DNA of 63,580 nt, filler included. It is 3 parts of 3 records of this genome, joined end to end, with 100 filler letters (N's around TTAATTAATTAA, not from the genome) between each part and the next. Parts side by side here need not be neighbours in the genome. Positions count along the whole stretch, not along the records: positions 43,943 to 63,580 come from SRR20825019_1456; 2 more parts are not named here. One strand, 5' to 3'. The first letter of the stretch is position 1. Each line of letters starts with the position of its first letter. A program made the position numbers and the translations under genes. Below, piece after piece: positions 61,626 through 63,580 of the stretch. A model generated the notes under the pieces. The model worked only from the letters and a program-made list of their open reading frames with translations, did not search any database and was not told the DNA's origin.

Positions 61626-63455
61626 ATGGCCAAGACGCTTCCAATCCTAAGGTTATCTTCCGCCGAACTTGATGCCGTGGAAGTCACCTCCCCAAATTCT
61701 GAGGAAATTGGGTCTTTGTTCATCCCACTGACCAACTCGAAGAAGAACGACAACGGGGCACGAAATAGCAATCCCAGTCCCGACTTAAAGGAGTGTGAAA
61801 AACCCGCTTCCAGAGGGAGGGTCGCCTCTTATTCCTCACACCTGAAGCTCAGCAGCGAGGCGCAATCTCTTCTTCAAGAAGCCGAGGACAGAGATGGAAT
61901 ATACAGACGAAGGGTTTCCTTCAGAGATACGTCACGCCAGTCGGGAAGCACGCCATCTCCTAATCGTGTGCTACCCCCTTTGGAACTGCACAGCTCACCC
62001 AAGATTGTCGAAAGGGAAATTGTCAAGGCCCGGCGGCGATCGATAAGCCCGGAGCACACACGCAGCTTCTTCTTGAGTACCAAGTCCTCTGCATCCATTT
62101 CTTCTGATTCGACCACTTCGTCGTTCTCCTCAACGAATTCCCTCACATCATCAAGAAGCTCATCATTCAGGCTGGAAGGAGTGGATAATTATTTGAAGCC
62201 TACGGACAGTGAATATGTCGATATCAAGCCGTGCAGAGCGCACTGCAAAGACAAACGCCGTCAGTCTACAGGTGTATTGGAGCACAGACTGCAGCGCTCT
62301 TCCCCCGCACCAAGGCACCCGAGTGCGCCCTCCTCCCCCAACATGTCTCCAAAGGAACGAAGGCTAAGCCTCTCCATTAACAGGGGATCTTCGATGTCGA
62401 CAAGTATACCTTCTTCACCTCGCATGTCTCCAACGGAAAGAAGGTCAAGTTTTTCTATTGGCAGGAGGTTATCAGTCTCAGTGTCCCCATCTTCATCGAG
62501 GACGATATCTCCCATCCAAAACGAAAATGAGCCTGTTTTCGTGCGCATTTCATTTTCCGAGAGTGCGCAGGGGGCGCAGGTCCACAAGCTGAAAAAGGTC
62601 TGCAACGGATGCATAACCACGTATAGCGCAGAAAGCGTGTGCGTGCTGAACAACGCGGGCGGGGCAAGGAGGAGATCTTCCTCCTCGGGGAATATGTTCG
62701 GCTTGGACATATCCGCAGCGGCTTTTGACTTGCTAAATTATGAGAGGAAGCCGCTCTCCAAAGCCTACAAGCTTGAATTCAAGCATAGAGACATTCAAGC
62801 CAATTCAGATATTAATGCTACGAGGAGGATAGGGAACAACGTGAGGGTTTCGTGTGCTGTGGCAACAAGTTCAAAAGAATCACGGTTGGCGCACTACATT
62901 TTCAAATACTCTGTAATTTCAGAGGACGAGGGGTCAGACAATGATGAACCACCTTGTGACAGAAGAGAGCCAGCGAGGAGTGCGAGTCCGTGCATGCAGT
63001 TCAACAGGCAGCTTCCAGAAATCGTGCTACCACCGCTATCCCGATCCCCAAGCCTCGCAAAAGGAAGCTTGTCAACTCCATCATCACCCACATATCTTAA
63101 GACCCAGGCCTCGTTGCTTTCTGATCAAAAGTCCATCCCCGAGGATGCAGAGGTGTTTTCGTCTATGGTTACAGCCGCTCTTGAAGCGAGCCTTCAAGTA
63201 CCGACTTCAACTTCCACAGGGCATATGATCACCAGATCAGGAGCGCATAACTGCCTTAGGGTCCAGAAACTGAAATCAAAAGATGAAGCAAGCATGTCAG
63301 ACCTCGGGACGACGTTTCAAAAGACTTCGTTCACAACGCAGTCATCAGGAGCAAATTCTCCTCGAAAATACAGTGCTCAGGTTAATCTGATGATGTTAGG
63401 TTCCCTCGAGGAGTGTCCATGGGCAGACTTTGGCCACTTCAAGCCCTCGAGGTAG
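61626..63455 (+). CDS. Hypothetical Ser/Pro/Arg-rich disordered protein (~609 aa), intronless
   Basis: Long ORF; first ATG 37 nt after TATATA; internal repeat PSSP.MSP.ERR.S.SI.R; many RRxS and SP sites; RRVSF motif. Confidence 0.75.
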   Translation: MAKTLPILRLSSAELDAVEVTSPNSEEIGSLFIPLTNSKKNDNGARNSNPSPDLKECEKPASRGRVASYSSHLKLSSEAQSLLQEAEDRDGIYRRRVSFRDTSRQSGSTPSPNRVLPPLELHSSPKIVEREIVKARRRSISPEHTRSFFLSTKSSASISSDSTTSSFSSTNSLTSSRSSSFRLEGVDNYLKPTDSEYVDIKPCRAHCKDKRRQSTGVLEHRLQRSSPAPRHPSAPSSPNMSPKERRLSLSINRGSSMSTSIPSSPRMSPTERRSSFSIGRRLSVSVSPSSSRTISPIQNENEPVFVRISFSESAQGAQVHKLKKVCNGCITTYSAESVCVLNNAGGARRRSSSSGNMFGLDISAAAFDLLNYERKPLSKAYKLEFKHRDIQANSDINATRRIGNNVRVSCAVATSSKESRLAHYIFKYSVISEDEGSDNDEPPCDRREPARSASPCMQFNRQLPEIVLPPLSRSPSLAKGSLSTPSSPTYLKTQASLLSDQKSIPEDAEVFSSMVTAALEASLQVPTSTSTGHMITRSGAHNCLRVQKLKSKDEASMSDLGTTFQKTSFTTQSSGANSPRKYSAQVNLMMLGSLEECPWADFGHFKPSR

Positions 63456-63580
63456 ACTTTCAGAGCATAAATCCATTAGATCTACAATATTACTTTCTTG
63501 CTCACGGTTCGTACCCCTTGCCCAGTTCTTTTTCTATTCTATTTCTTTTGAGTTGCGGGGGGGGGGGGGGGGGGGGGGGG

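Noticed and set aside
1-63580. The giant ATPase, NACHT-HEAT and Clu-LRR genes as one defence cluster
   Set aside because: They lie on three segments separated by artificial gaps and are interspersed with housekeeping genes; linkage cannot be claimed.

Overview
Gene-dense eukaryotic (protist-like, probably flagellated) genomic DNA in the standard genetic code, with very short (~45-65 nt) spliceosomal introns. The window is three segments (1-19782, 19883-43842, 43943-63580) joined by artificial 100-bp N/TTAATTAATTAA/N spacers, so adjacency across the gaps is not guaranteed. I can support about 22 protein genes. Recognisable families: SCAMP, a GT-B glycosyltransferase, a peroxiredoxin-like AhpC/TSA protein, alkaline phosphatase, DOT1, a PX protein, an LRRC43-like LRR protein, BBIP1, alpha-SNAP, an aldo-keto reductase, TMEM14, a CRAL-TRIO protein and PSMG1/PAC1; BBIP1 and a small basic protein are absent or nearly absent from the ORF track and were recovered by manual splicing. 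Three very large multidomain proteins stand out: (1) a ~4300-aa protein combining a possible pseudo-peptidase, a WCGPC thioredoxin, Zn fingers, two UBA domains, a DUF3638/DUF3645-type SF2-like ATPase, an AZUL-like domain and EF-hands; (2) a ~2500-aa NACHT-HEAT (NLR-like) protein; (3) an EF-hand/PH-like/Clu/LRR protein. Intergenic DNA is stereotyped: GC-rich islands dense in TGA[C/G] half-sites, a TATATA-like element ~30-60 nt before many ATGs, and nearly abutting convergent 3' ends. No rRNA, tRNA, CRISPR array or transposon was recognised. All domain calls come from reading motifs by eye, not from database searches.
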